DNA of 61,797 nt from an uncultured Acidimicrobiia bacterium (GTDB lineage: Bacteria; Actinomycetota; Acidimicrobiia; Spongiisociales; JAENVV01), in assembly GCA_964614585.1 (NCBI GenBank), contig CAZTLW010000002.1:1-61797 (forward strand), in the 5' to 3' direction. Below the pieces are notes generated by a model that worked only from the letters and a program-made list of their open reading frames with translations, was not told the origin of the DNA and searched no databases. The stretch's first letter is position 1, and each line of letters opens with the position of its first letter. The position numbers and the translations under genes were made by a program. Positions 17,427 to 27,066 of the stretch are shown in pieces.

Positions 17427-18296
17427 TCACACACGCAGCAGGAACGCACCCGGTTCGATCCACCCCTCGAGCGGGGTGTCACCCACGTGGTCGCCGTCGA
17501 TCTCGACCGGCCAGGGGCGCTCCGTCTCGAGTCGGAACGATGCCGTGACGATCCGTCTCACCGCCCGGTCGGAGAGGTGGAGCCCGTGTTTCATCTTCGG
17601 GAACAGCGACACGGCCTTCGCCCGGCGGCCCTCCATCACGATGAGGTCCCACTTCCCGTCGACGACGCTCGCCTTGGGGGCGATCCGCATGCCCCCGCCG
17701 AAGTACTCGCCGTTCGCCGCCACCACCACCGCCCCGCGTTCGAGTTCGAGCTCCCGACGATCCGTCACCAGCCGGGCGGGGCCGGGCGTGAACCCACCGA
17801 CCGCCCCCCAGAACGCCAACTCGTACTTGCGGGGGCCCCACGACCGAGGGAGGCGTTCGGCGAGCCGGGTCGTGGCACCTCCGATCCCCGCCTCGGCCTC
17901 GTTGACGACGACCCGCCGCCCCCACGGCCCCTCGACCACGCCGACGTCCACGGCGTAGTCCTCGCCGCCGAGGGCGCGCGCCACGGCCGTCGCCGGGTCC
18001 ACCGGCAGGGCGAACATCCGTGCGAAGTCCGACCCGGTGCCGGCCGGGAGCACGGCCAGCGTCGGCGTGGGGACACCCGCGCCGAGGGCGCCTTCGACGA
18101 CGGCGTTGATGGTGCCGTCGCCGCCGACGACCAACAGCCGGCCACCCTCCGCCACCGCGTCCCGGACCCGGGCGACGAGCTCACCCCGCTCGGTGGCGGT
18201 GATCACCGTCGAGGGGCCGTTGGCGGCCGTGAGGGCGTCGATCGCCTCCCGGGCAGCGTCCTCGGCGTACCGGCCGACGACCACGGCCCAGCTCAC
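17427..18296 (-). CDS. Diacylglycerol/lipid kinase family protein (YegS/LCB5-like)
   Basis: LLVVGGDGTINAVV and LAVLPAGTGSDFAR. GTG at 18296 overlaps the helY stop. Confidence 0.85.
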   Translation of the reverse strand: MSWAVVVGRYAEDAAREAIDALTAANGPSTVITATERGELVARVRDAVAEGGRLLVVGGDGTINAVVEGALGAGVPTPTLAVLPAGTGSDFARMFALPVDPATAVARALGGEDYAVDVGVVEGPWGRRVVVNEAEAGIGGATTRLAERLPRSWGPRKYELAFWGAVGGFTPGPARLVTDRRELELERGAVVVAANGEYFGGGMRIAPKASVVDGKWDLIVMEGRRAKAVSLFPKMKHGLHLSDRAVRRIVTASFRLETERPWPVEIDGDHVGDTPLEGWIEPGAFLLRV

Positions 18297-20824
18297 GCAC
18301 CCACTCCCGAGGCGACGATGCCCCGGTCGATGCCCCGAATGGCACCGGCCACGACGGGGGCAAGGTCGGGGTCCGCCTCCCGGACCTGGCGAAGGAGGTC
18401 GAGCAGTTGGCGGGACACCCGCACGAAGTCGCCGACCGGGATCGGAGAGGTGTCGAGGATGTCGTCGAGGTCGGCACCGTTCGTCCAGGCGTAGGCAGCC
18501 GCCGCGAAGCCGAACTCGGGAGGTGGCGTCTCGGTGAGTCGCCGTCGACGTTCCTCGCCCTGGAGCCCCGACCACAGTTCGATCACCCGGTCGCCGGCGA
18601 GTGCCGAGCCGGGGGTCGGCAGCGTCGGCGGGAGGAGTTCCCCCCTGGGATCGAAGACGAACCCCGACAGCACGGCGGCCACCTCCCCCGGCGCCAGCTC
18701 GGCGAGGGTCCCGTCCACGAGCACCTCGGCCACGAGGAGGTCCCGCTCGGAGTAGATGCGCCGGAGTCGGTCGCCCCTGGGCCCGAGCCCCCAGCCGTCG
18801 ACGTAGCCCCGTTCGCCGAGGACCCCGAGGACCGCGTCGAACTCGGCCATCAGGGACCCGGCGGCCGGGAGCCCTTCCCGCTCCAGTCGCCCCTCGAGCT
18901 TCTGGACCCGGGCGGCGGCCCGGACGTGGCGCTCCCGGTCCGGGCAGGCCGCGACGGGGTGGGGCTCGGGGGCGTGGTCGACACCGATCGGCTCGTGCAT
19001 GCGCGGTGTGAAGGCCCGCAGGTCCTGGGTGCGCCGACGGAGGAACTGTTTGTCGCGGGGCCGGAACGGTCCCTTCCAGGTGAGCCAGCCCAGCTTCGCG
19101 GAGCCCTCCACGACGTGCTCGGGAGGGAGCTTGGCCACCTTGCCGCTGGTCGAGAGGACGACGATGCGGATCGGCGCCTCGGTCTCCCGGCGCAGCACCA
19201 TGTACCGACCCGGCCGGGCACCACGCGGCACGTCGATCACGTCCCCCGGGCGGAGCTGCTCCAGCAGGGCCTCCCCGGCGGCCCCGCCCCCACGGGCCTC
19301 GAGGTAGTCCCAGACGTCGCCCAGCTCGCAGGCCGCCTCCCGACGCGCCTCGTCGAGCTCGGTGCGCAGCAGCTCGATGCCCTCGGTGGCCCGGGCATCG
19401 GCCGCCGATCGCTGGTACTGGGCGAAAGAGGCGGCCAGCAGCTCCTCGGCCCGGCTGCGGTCGTAGTTGGCGATGAGATTGACCGCCATGTTGTACGTCG
19501 GCCGGAACGACGACGCCAGTGGGCTGGCGCCGGTGCCGACGAGGTCGACGACCCGCTCGAACCGCACCCACGGCGAGTGCAGGACGATGCCGTAGCCGAC
19601 CTCGTCGATGCCACGGCGACCGGCCCGGCCGGTGAGCTGGGTGTACTGGCTGGCGGTGATCGGTTCGTGGGCCTCCCCGTCCCACTTCGTCAGGCTCTCG
19701 AGCACCACCGAGCGGGCCGGCATGTTGATGCCGAGGGCGAGGGTCTCGGTGGCGAACACGACGTCCAGCAGCCCCTCGACGAAGCAGGCCTCGACGGCCT
19801 CCTTGAAGGCGGGGACCATCCCGGCGTGGTGGGCCGCCACCCCTCGCTCGAGTCGGTCGAGCCACTCGTCGTGCGCCAACGCGTCGAGATCGTCGACCGA
19901 CAGGTGACGGGTGTGGGCCTCGGCCAGGTCGATGATGCGGTCGCGCACCGGGTCGGGCTTCGGGCGGCGGACGGTGGCCACCGTGCGGGCGGCGTCCTCG
20001 CAACCGCGCCGGGAGAAGATGAAGTAGATGCCCGGCAGCATGTCGGCGTCCTCGAGGACCTCGATCGTCTCGAGTCGCCGGGGGGTCACGAATCTGCGGG
20101 GCGCGCGCCGCCGACCGCCCGTGCCGCCCCGTCCCCCGGTGCGCTCGGCGAGTTGGTGGAGGATCGACCGGTTGGCCCGGCCGTCGACGAACACGGGCCG
20201 GAGGCTGATCTGGTCGTCACCCCAGCGGTCCTTCATCGCGTACATCGGCTCGAGGGGCACCGGCCGGTGCCAGGTCTCGACCAGGGCGGTCTCGCCCCGG
20301 CGCTCCCGCACCCAGCCGACGAACTCCCGGGGGTTGGAGATCGTCGCCGAGAGGGCCACGAGCTGCATCGACTGGGGCGCGTGGATGATGACTTCCTCCC
20401 AGACCGGCCCACGCGCCCGGTCGGCGAGGTAGTGCACCTCGTCGAGCACGACGATGCGCACGTCGTCGAGGGCGTCGCTCTCGGCGTAGATCATGTTCCG
20501 CAGCACCTCGGTCGTCATGACGACGACGTCGCCGTCGCCGTTGATGGAGGTGTCGCCGGTCAGCAACCCGACCCGTTCGGGGCCGTAGGCGGCGACGAAG
20601 TCGTGGAACTTCTGGTTCGAGAGCGCCTTGATCGGCGTGGTGTAGAACGCCCGGCGCCCCTGCTCGAGGGCGAGGTGGACGGCGACCTCGGCGACCAGCG
20701 TCTTGCCGGCACCGGTTGGGGCCGTGACGACGACCCCGGCGCCCGCCTCGATCGCCGCCGCCGCGTCCCGCTGGAAGTCGTCGGGTTCGAACGGGAGCGC
20801 GTCGAAGAACGCGTCGGCGCTCAC
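18293..20824 (-). CDS. helY: Ski2-like DEAD/DEAH-box RNA helicase HelY
   Basis: Walker A VVTAPTGAGKTLVAE, DEVH box VVLDEVHYLAD, and ..HHAGM... GTG at 20824 overlaps the tatC stop. Position matches Rv2092c. Confidence 0.9.
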   Translation of the reverse strand: MSADAFFDALPFEPDDFQRDAAAAIEAGAGVVVTAPTGAGKTLVAEVAVHLALEQGRRAFYTTPIKALSNQKFHDFVAAYGPERVGLLTGDTSINGDGDVVVMTTEVLRNMIYAESDALDDVRIVVLDEVHYLADRARGPVWEEVIIHAPQSMQLVALSATISNPREFVGWVRERRGETALVETWHRPVPLEPMYAMKDRWGDDQISLRPVFVDGRANRSILHQLAERTGGRGGTGGRRRAPRRFVTPRRLETIEVLEDADMLPGIYFIFSRRGCEDAARTVATVRRPKPDPVRDRIIDLAEAHTRHLSVDDLDALAHDEWLDRLERGVAAHHAGMVPAFKEAVEACFVEGLLDVVFATETLALGINMPARSVVLESLTKWDGEAHEPITASQYTQLTGRAGRRGIDEVGYGIVLHSPWVRFERVVDLVGTGASPLASSFRPTYNMAVNLIANYDRSRAEELLAASFAQYQRSAADARATEGIELLRTELDEARREAACELGDVWDYLEARGGGAAGEALLEQLRPGDVIDVPRGARPGRYMVLRRETEAPIRIVVLSTSGKVAKLPPEHVVEGSAKLGWLTWKGPFRPRDKQFLRRRTQDLRAFTPRMHEPIGVDHAPEPHPVAACPDRERHVRAAARVQKLEGRLEREGLPAAGSLMAEFDAVLGVLGERGYVDGWGLGPRGDRLRRIYSERDLLVAEVLVDGTLAELAPGEVAAVLSGFVFDPRGELLPPTLPTPGSALAGDRVIELWSGLQGEERRRRLTETPPPEFGFAAAAYAWTNGADLDDILDTSPIPVGDFVRVSRQLLDLLRQVREADPDLAPVVAGAIRGIDRGIVASGVGA

Positions 20825-21543
20825 TTCCGCAGCACCAGGCGCACGAGCAGGAGCGTCACCTCGTAGAGGAGGTAGAGCGGCACCGCCAGCAGGGCGAGCG
20901 TGAACGCATCGCCGGTGGGCGTGGCGGCCGCCGCCACGACGACGATGACGAGCACCGCCCAGCGGCGACCCCTCCTGAGTTGCTCCGAGCTGATGGCACC
21001 GATCGCAGCGGCCCCGAACAGGAAGACCGGGAACTCGAACGTGAGCCCGAAGACGAGCAGGAACCGGAGGGCGAAGGTCGTGTACTGCCCGATCGTCGGG
21101 CTGTAGTCGACGTCGAGGAAGCCGCCGAGCACCTCGAGCGCTCGCGGCAGGATCGTGTAGGCGAACGCCACGCCACCCACGAAGAGCACGGCCAGGGCCG
21201 TGACGATCGGCACCGCCCACCGCCGCTCGCGAGCCGTCAGGCCGGGCGAGACGAAGGCCCACGCCTGCCAGACCAGGTAGGGGCTGGCGAGGATCACCCC
21301 ACCGAAGCCCGCCACCCGCATCGCCACCGAGAACGGCTCGGCGGGGAGGGTCGACTGGAGGTCGCCATCGAACGAGGCGTCGAACGGCGCCCGGAGCACC
21401 TCCCACAACTCCTCGTAGAAGAGCAGCGAGATGGCGAAACCGATGCCGATGGCGACGACCGATCGCAGCAGTCGGGACCGCAGCTCGTCGAGGTGGTCGA
21501 GCATCGACCCCACCCGCTCGGGGTTCTCACGCCGCGCCATCAT
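20821..21543 (-). CDS. tatC: Twin-arginine translocase subunit TatC
   Basis: MLDHLDELRSRLLRSVVAIGIGF and a polytopic hydrophobic body. The start is ambiguous (ATG at 21543, 21540 or 21504). Confidence 0.88.
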   Translation of the reverse strand: MMARRENPERVGSMLDHLDELRSRLLRSVVAIGIGFAISLLFYEELWEVLRAPFDASFDGDLQSTLPAEPFSVAMRVAGFGGVILASPYLVWQAWAFVSPGLTARERRWAVPIVTALAVLFVGGVAFAYTILPRALEVLGGFLDVDYSPTIGQYTTFALRFLLVFGLTFEFPVFLFGAAAIGAISSEQLRRGRRWAVLVIVVVAAAATPTGDAFTLALLAVPLYLLYEVTLLLVRLVLRK

Positions 21544-21913
21544 CCTCCTCGGGGGCCTCCTCGGAGGCCCGGTCGGCGGCCTCGGGGTGGTGGCGCAGGT
21601 CCTCGCCACGCTCGATCCGCTCGAGGTCGCCCAGGGCCTCCTCGGGGGTCGGCCCCGCGTCGTGGACCGGGCCCCGCCACTCGAAGGCCCGACGGCCTTC
21701 GTCGGCGAGGCGCCGGGCCTCGTCGGAGACCTCTCGCAATGGCTCGGTGACCTCGGCTGCCTCCGACTCGATCGCTTCGCGCAGGCCGGCGGTGTACGTG
21801 CGCAGTTCGCGGATGAGCGCCCCGGCCTTGCGGGAGAGCTCCGGCAGTCGCCGGGGGCCGAAGACGAGGAAGATCGCCACGGCGATGACGAGGTACTCGG
21901 TACCCGAGATCAC
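21527..21913 (-). CDS. tatA: Twin-arginine translocase TatA/TatB-family protein
   Basis: ISGTEYLVIAVAIFLVFGPRRLPEL, followed by an amphipathic and acidic tail. GTG start. Confidence 0.85.
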   Translation of the reverse strand: MISGTEYLVIAVAIFLVFGPRRLPELSRKAGALIRELRTYTAGLREAIESEAAEVTEPLREVSDEARRLADEGRRAFEWRGPVHDAGPTPEEALGDLERIERGEDLRHHPEAADRASEEAPEEDDGAA

Positions 21914-21946
21914 CCGCGCAGGGTACTGCCGGGGGACCCCTTGGGC

Positions 21947-22237
21947 TCAGCGGCCCAGCAGTCGGACCGGGTCCGGCTCCTCCTCGAGGGCGGCGACGAA
22001 GGCCGCCACGTCTTCCTCGGTGATCCGCTCGTGGCCGACGATGTCGTAGCTGACGCCGGCGGCCAGCAGGACCATGATCACCCGCGGCCCCGCGAGGCGG
22101 GTCCGCCGGACCGCACACAGCGGGCACTCGAACGAGTACTCCGCCTCGTGCTCATTGGGGGTGAGCAGGAGTCGCAGCGCCTCGATCCCGAGCATCACGT
22201 CGCCGCAGGAGGGGCAGGTCGTCTTGATCGTCGTCAT
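21947..22237 (-). CDS. Hypothetical zinc-ribbon protein (96 aa)
   Basis: MTTIKTTCPSCG..N27..CPLC. ATG at 22237 with GGAGAGA about 9 nt upstream. Lies between pafC and tatA. Confidence 0.55.
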   Translation of the reverse strand: MTTIKTTCPSCGDVMLGIEALRLLLTPNEHEAEYSFECPLCAVRRTRLAGPRVIMVLLAAGVSYDIVGHERITEEDVAAFVAALEEEPDPVRLLGR

Positions 22238-22312
22238 CGTCGGGTGTCTCTCCGGGGGATGCTCCGGATGCATCGGCACGGCGAAGGCACCACTTGACGA
22301 TTGCGCGAAAGA

Positions 22313-23245
22313 TCAGTCGGCGTCGTAGCGCACCAGCAGCGCCGCCCTCGCCTCGACGAGGGCCTCGGCCACCTCGTCGCCGGATTCGAGCTCGGCGTGG
22401 GGACCGAGCCGGAGGAGCAACCGCACCGGCACCGCCGGGCCCGAGGAGGAGAACTCGACGCGCAGGTCGTTGCCGTCGGTCCCCAGCACGGTGACCGGGT
22501 AGTACTCGGCCACCCAGCGAGCGGCAGGCCGCAGTCGCAGGACCACCCGGATGTCGTCGGGGCCGGGCTGGTAGGTGGCGACCGGTTCGGGGAGGTCGTC
22601 CGGCGGCTCGAACGTCTCCCCGGTGGGGGCGACCCGTCGGATCCGGTCGAGGCGGAAGCGTCGATGGTCGTCGGCGAGGTGGTCGTGGGCGTCGACGTAC
22701 CAGAGGCCAAGGTCCGTGAAGACCTGCCAGGGATCGATGGTGCGTTCGGTGTCCGTCTCCCGGTTGAGGCCCCGGTAGGTGATGTGGAGGCGCTCGTGGC
22801 CTTCCACCGCATCCCGGACCGCGGCCAGCGCCTCCGGTTCATCGGGGACGTCCACGGCCACCCCTTCCCCGTCGGGGAGCAGCACGGCCGCCAGCTTGGC
22901 GGCCGCCGACCGGAGCGCTTCGCTGCCGGCACCGGCGGCGTCCGTGGCGCGAGCCGCCGAGAGCAGGCGGAGTCCCTCACCGGCGGTCAGACGCCGAGCC
23001 CCCGCGAAGTAGTCCGCCGCCTCGACCACCACCTCGTCGCCGACGATCGACGCGTACATGAGGTCGTCGGGGTAGTACCCGGGCAGCCCGCACAGCATCA
23101 CGAGGTCGAGGTCACGGGCGAGCTCCCGGGGGGTGTAGTCGAACCGCCGGCACACCTCGTCGACCGTGGCCTCGTCGGGGTGGGCCATGACCCACGGGAG
23201 CATGGCGAGGATCCGGTTGAGCCGGGCGGCGGTGCGGTCGCTCAC
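22313..23245 (-). CDS. pafC: Proteasome accessory factor PafC (HTH + WYL regulator)
   Basis: RLNRILAMLPWV (HTH) and a WYL-type core (LWYVDAHDHLADDHRRFRLDRI). GTG at 23245 overlaps the pafB stop. Follows pafA-pafB. Confidence 0.85.
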   Translation of the reverse strand: MSDRTAARLNRILAMLPWVMAHPDEATVDEVCRRFDYTPRELARDLDLVMLCGLPGYYPDDLMYASIVGDEVVVEAADYFAGARRLTAGEGLRLLSAARATDAAGAGSEALRSAAAKLAAVLLPDGEGVAVDVPDEPEALAAVRDAVEGHERLHITYRGLNRETDTERTIDPWQVFTDLGLWYVDAHDHLADDHRRFRLDRIRRVAPTGETFEPPDDLPEPVATYQPGPDDIRVVLRLRPAARWVAEYYPVTVLGTDGNDLRVEFSSSGPAVPVRLLLRLGPHAELESGDEVAEALVEARAALLVRYDAD

Positions 23246-24156
23246 GCCACGCCCCGGATCCGGTCGACGACCGCCGCCCGCAGCTCGGGCGGCCCGAGCA
23301 CCTCGGCCGAGGGCCCGAGGTCGAGCAACCAACCGAGGAACGCCTCCCGGTGGGCGACCTCCAGTTCGGCGACGAGGCGACCGCCCACGATCGAGAGCGC
23401 GTCGTCGGGGAGTCGGCGTCGGACCCACCAGGCGATGTCGTCGTCGAAGTGGACGGTGGCCGTCACCGGCTCCTCCCCCGCCTCCCACGGGTGGGCGGGC
23501 AGCGCGCTCCCGATGTCGAGGTCGGGCGGGCGCTCGAAGGCCTCGGCGTCGCCGACGGCGGTCCAGCCCTCGCCGCGATCGACCCGATAGATGCGCTGGT
23601 CGCCCGACTCGAGCGCCACCAGGTACCAGTGGCCCCGGCGGTGCAGGAGACCGAGCGGCTGGAGCCGACGAGGACGGTCCCGGTAGGTGACGGTCACCTC
23701 CCGCCGACCGGCGACGGCGTCGAAGAGTTCGGCGACGTCGTCGTGGTCGCCCGGGAGGTTCGCCGACCAACGGGGGTCGCCGTCACCGGCGTCGTCGGTG
23801 CCACCGAGCTTCTGGATCGCGGGCCGGATGTCATCGCCACCCATTCGCACCATGCGGGCGGCGACCGCCAGCGCCGCCCGCTCCTCGTCGGTGAGGCCGG
23901 GATCGGCCATCTCGAACCGCTCGCTCGGGAGCACGTAGCCGAGCCGCTGGGTGACCTCGTCGATCACCACCGTCTCGAGAGGGATGCCGGCGCCTCGGAG
24001 CAGGCCCTTGTCCCGTTCGAACATCCGACGGAAGGCCTGGTCGTTGTCGCGGTCGTACCCGGCCACCGTGTAGCGGATCTCGTCGATCGTCACCGGGCGA
24101 TCGACGGTGCGCAGGAAGGCGAGAAGATTGAGGAGTCGCTCGAGCACTCGGCCCAT
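23242..24156 (-). CDS. pafB: Proteasome accessory factor PafB (HTH + WYL regulator)
   Basis: LERLLNLLAFLRTVDRPVTIDEI (HTH) and a WYL-type core (HWYLVALESGDQRIYRVDR). Downstream of pafA. Confidence 0.85.
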   Translation of the reverse strand: MGRVLERLLNLLAFLRTVDRPVTIDEIRYTVAGYDRDNDQAFRRMFERDKGLLRGAGIPLETVVIDEVTQRLGYVLPSERFEMADPGLTDEERAALAVAARMVRMGGDDIRPAIQKLGGTDDAGDGDPRWSANLPGDHDDVAELFDAVAGRREVTVTYRDRPRRLQPLGLLHRRGHWYLVALESGDQRIYRVDRGEGWTAVGDAEAFERPPDLDIGSALPAHPWEAGEEPVTATVHFDDDIAWWVRRRLPDDALSIVGGRLVAELEVAHREAFLGWLLDLGPSAEVLGPPELRAAVVDRIRGVA

Positions 24157-24197
24157 CGGGGCGAGCGTACCGCGCCGGCCCCGCCCCGACGACCCCC

Positions 24198-25553
24198 TCA
24201 GAGCTCGTCGATGAGCTGGCGGACGCGGGGATCCTCGCTCACGAACGGGTCCTTGCACAGGACGGTGCGCTGGGCCTGGTCGTTCAGCTTGAGGTGGACC
24301 CAGTCCACCGTGTAGTCGCGGCGCTTGCGCTTGGCGGCGGCGATGAACTCGCCCCGCAGGCGGGCCCGCGTCGTCTGCGGAGGTCGGCTGGTCGCCTCGG
24401 CCACCGCATCGTCGTCGACGATCCGCTCCACGAGGCCACGCCGCTCGAGGAGGTGATAGAGCCCCCGCTCGGGGTGGATGTGGTGATAGCTCAGGTCGAC
24501 CATGGCGATCCGGGGGTGTCCGAGGGGCAGGTCCCACCGCTTCCGGTACCGCTCCACGAGGTGGTACTTGATGACCCAGTCCACGGTCCGGTCGAGGGAG
24601 AGGGGGTCCTTCTCGAGGCCCGTGAGCAGCTCCTCCCACATCCGCACCGCCCGGGCCACCTCGGCGGGGAACCCGGTCGTCCGCTCGTACCGCAGCACCC
24701 GGTCGAGGTACTCCCATTGCATGTCCAACGCCGAGAGCTCGCGCCCGTTGGCGAGGCGGACGGGCCGACGACAGGTCGGGTCGTGGGAGATCTCCCGGAT
24801 CGCCTTGATCGGGTTCTCGAGGGTCAGGTCCCGGAAGACGGCTCCGTCCTCGAGCATCTGCAGGATCGCCAGCGTGGTGCCCACCTTCACGTAGGTGGCG
24901 TACTCGCTCATGTTCGAGTCCCCGGCGATGACGTGGAGGCGTCGGAAGCGCTCGGCATCGGCGTGGGGCTCGTCCCGGGTGTTGATGATCGGCCGGCTCC
25001 GCGTGGTGGCCGACGAGACCCCCTCCCAGATGTGGTCGGCTCGCTGGGTCATCGAGAAGACCGGGCCCCGGGGGCCGACGAGCACCTTCCCCGCCCCGGC
25101 GAAGATCGACCGGCTGGTCAGGAACGGGATGAGCGTGTCGAGGATCGTCCCGAAGTCGGTGGCGCGGTCGACGAGGTAGTTCTCGTGGCAGCCGTAGGAG
25201 TTGCCGGCCGAGTCGGTGTTGTTCTTGAAGAGGTAGACGTCGCCGCGCACCCCCTCCTCGGCGAGGCGTCGCTCGGCCGACGCGACGAGGTCGGCGAGGA
25301 TCCACTCGCCCGCCTTGTCGTGGGCGATGAGGTCGACGAGCGAGTCGCACTCGGCGGTGGCGTACTCGGGGTGCGACCCGACGTCGAGGTACAGCCGGGC
25401 ACCGTTCTCCAGGAAGACGTTGGAGGAGCGTCCCCAGGAGACGACCCGCCGGAAGAGGTACCGGGCGACCTCGTCGGGGCTCAGGCGACGCTGGCCATGG
25501 AGCGTGCACGTGACCCCGAACTCCGATTCGAGGCCGAACACGCGTCGTTGCAT
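24198..25553 (-). CDS. pafA: Pup--protein ligase PafA
   Basis: [13 protein letters not shown].., [19 protein letters not shown] and [11 protein letters not shown] at 25553 inside the longer ORF. Confidence 0.95.
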   Translation of the reverse strand: MQRRVFGLESEFGVTCTLHGQRRLSPDEVARYLFRRVVSWGRSSNVFLENGARLYLDVGSHPEYATAECDSLVDLIAHDKAGEWILADLVASAERRLAEEGVRGDVYLFKNNTDSAGNSYGCHENYLVDRATDFGTILDTLIPFLTSRSIFAGAGKVLVGPRGPVFSMTQRADHIWEGVSSATTRSRPIINTRDEPHADAERFRRLHVIAGDSNMSEYATYVKVGTTLAILQMLEDGAVFRDLTLENPIKAIREISHDPTCRRPVRLANGRELSALDMQWEYLDRVLRYERTTGFPAEVARAVRMWEELLTGLEKDPLSLDRTVDWVIKYHLVERYRKRWDLPLGHPRIAMVDLSYHHIHPERGLYHLLERRGLVERIVDDDAVAEATSRPPQTTRARLRGEFIAAAKRKRRDYTVDWVHLKLNDQAQRTVLCKDPFVSEDPRVRQLIDEL

Positions 25554-25606
25554 GTCTCGGACGCTACCGGTGTCCGAGGGCTTGTCCGGTGACCTTGCCG
25601 GGGGCC

Positions 25607-26428
25607 CTACGTCTGGTCGGGGCGACCACCCCGGCCACCCTCCACCTCGGCCACCACCTCGGTCGGCAACTCGGCGGCGGCCGGCATCCGCAGCGGCGTG
25701 ATCGAGATGACGCCGTCGTGGGCGGCCTTGACGTCGTTGCCCGGCACCGCCCCGTGGTCGAGCACCCCGCCCCCGAAGTCGTGCACGTAGACGCCGTTGC
25801 CCTCGTGCTTGAACAACTGGTCGTAGCCGGTCCGGGCGATGCGGGTCACGCGGCGCGGCGTGTCGGCCTCGCTGTGCCAGGGCAGGTTCACCGAGACCAC
25901 GTCGGCGAGGCGGGCCAGCTCCGAGTCGACGAGATCCTCGACGAGCTCGGTCGAGACGGTGGCCAGCCGCGACCAGGTCGGGCCGGACTCGTCGGAGCGG
26001 GCCTCGGCGCGCCAGGCCTCCCAGTCGACGACCGCGCCGGTCGACAGGGCGATCGACGGGAGCCCGGACACCCAGCCCTCGACCGCAGCCCCCACGGTGC
26101 CCGACGACCAGAGGTAGCCGGCCCCGTGGTTGAAGCCGAGGTTGATGCCGCTGACCACCAGCGACGGCGGCCCGTCGTCGAAGAAGGCGTGCGCAGCCAA
26201 CTGCACCCCGTCCGCCGGCGTCCCGGTGTGGGTCGTCATCGGGATGCCGTGGCGCTCGACGGTCGCCACCCGGATGGGGTCGAATCGAGTGATCGCCTTT
26301 CCCGACCAGCTGCGCTCGCCGTCGGGCACCACCACCCGGACGTCCCCGAGTCGTCCGAGCGCCCGGGCGAAGGGCACGAGGGCAGGGCTGTCGACGCCAT
26401 CGTCGTTGGTGAGGAGGATCCAGGCCAT
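25607..26428 (-). CDS. surE: 5'/3'-nucleotidase SurE (copy 1)
   Basis: [15 protein letters not shown].. and ..[18 protein letters not shown] at 26428. Confidence 0.9.
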   Translation of the reverse strand: MAWILLTNDDGVDSPALVPFARALGRLGDVRVVVPDGERSWSGKAITRFDPIRVATVERHGIPMTTHTGTPADGVQLAAHAFFDDGPPSLVVSGINLGFNHGAGYLWSSGTVGAAVEGWVSGLPSIALSTGAVVDWEAWRAEARSDESGPTWSRLATVSTELVEDLVDSELARLADVVSVNLPWHSEADTPRRVTRIARTGYDQLFKHEGNGVYVHDFGGGVLDHGAVPGNDVKAAHDGVISITPLRMPAAAELPTEVVAEVEGGRGGRPDQT

Positions 26429-26544
26429 GACGCGACGGTACCGCCCCCACGCCACTCCGAACCCAGGGTTCCCTGCAGGTCGTATCCGGATGCTCCGGTG
26501 CTGGGACCAGACCGGGTCTGGTGTGAGCACCGCAGTTCGGCCGC

Positions 26545-27045
26545 CTACTCCCCGATGAGCACCATCGAGTCGGCCTCGACGGACACCCACGGCCCGTCCT
26601 CGTTGTACCGTGCCACCGCCCGTCCCTCCACGAACAGCCGGTCCCCCACCGCCACCCCGTCCGTGCCCGGACCGATGTGGGCCGATCCGATCACCACCGT
26701 GTCCAGCTCCTCCCAGCGGTGCTGGACGACCCCGGCGACGGTCGCGTGGTTGACCGGGGGCCGATCGGACCCATACCGGGTCCACCAGTCGACGTGGATG
26801 GCCGGGTGGCGCAGGCCGTCGCCGATGCGACCGTGGAGGAGGATCCACCGTTCGTCGGCGCCGCTCCGGAAGAAGTCGACGTCACCGGGCCGAAGGGGCT
26901 CGACCGAGCCGAACAGGAGGGGGACCACGCCGCCTTCGACGTCGAGCTCGGCGGGGAGCAGCACCCGGCGGTGGGGCCGGGTCCCGATCATCGCCCGCCC
27001 GGAGAGCCAGACGGACGTGACCGACGCCGGGGGGACGCGGACCAT
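26545..27045 (-). CDS. Hypothetical protein (166 aa) immediately downstream of prcA
   Basis: ORF with coding-like GC3, 21 nt after the prcA stop. No motif I recognise. The start is uncertain (ATG at 27045 or 26991). Confidence 0.5.
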   Translation of the reverse strand: MVRVPPASVTSVWLSGRAMIGTRPHRRVLLPAELDVEGGVVPLLFGSVEPLRPGDVDFFRSGADERWILLHGRIGDGLRHPAIHVDWWTRYGSDRPPVNHATVAGVVQHRWEELDTVVIGSAHIGPGTDGVAVGDRLFVEGRAVARYNEDGPWVSVEADSMVLIGE

Positions 27046-27066
27046 GGTCGGACCGAGTCCCGCCGA

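Noticed and set aside
16972-17482. Ser-rich (16972..17223, +) and Thr/Arg-rich (17009..17482, -) ORFs over the DUF4193-like gene
   Set aside because: They are alternative-frame translations of the GAC/GAG-rich 12-bp repeat. The acidic frame ends in a conserved-looking Cys4 module and has an RBS.
18407-20866. 819-aa plus-strand ORF antisense to helY
   Set aside because: helY on the minus strand carries Walker A, DEVH and other helicase motifs. The antisense product is low-complexity (G/R/P/V/E/D runs) with no recognisable domain.
17427-26450. Long N-terminal extensions of ORF-track entries (17427..20003, 18293..21406, 22313..23770, 23242..25509, 24198..26450, and others)
   Set aside because: In each case the recognisable protein begins at an internal ATG or GTG that abuts or overlaps the upstream gene's stop. 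The extension is Arg/Pro-rich and overlaps the upstream gene in another frame. Coordinates were trimmed accordingly.
26429-26544. Small hairpins (ACCAGAC-cgg-GTCTGGT and CCGGA-gca-TCCGG) between the 166-aa ORF and surE as a terminator or riboswitch
   Set aside because: The stems are only 5-7 bp with no U-tract or conserved motif I recognise. This is too weak to call as a feature.
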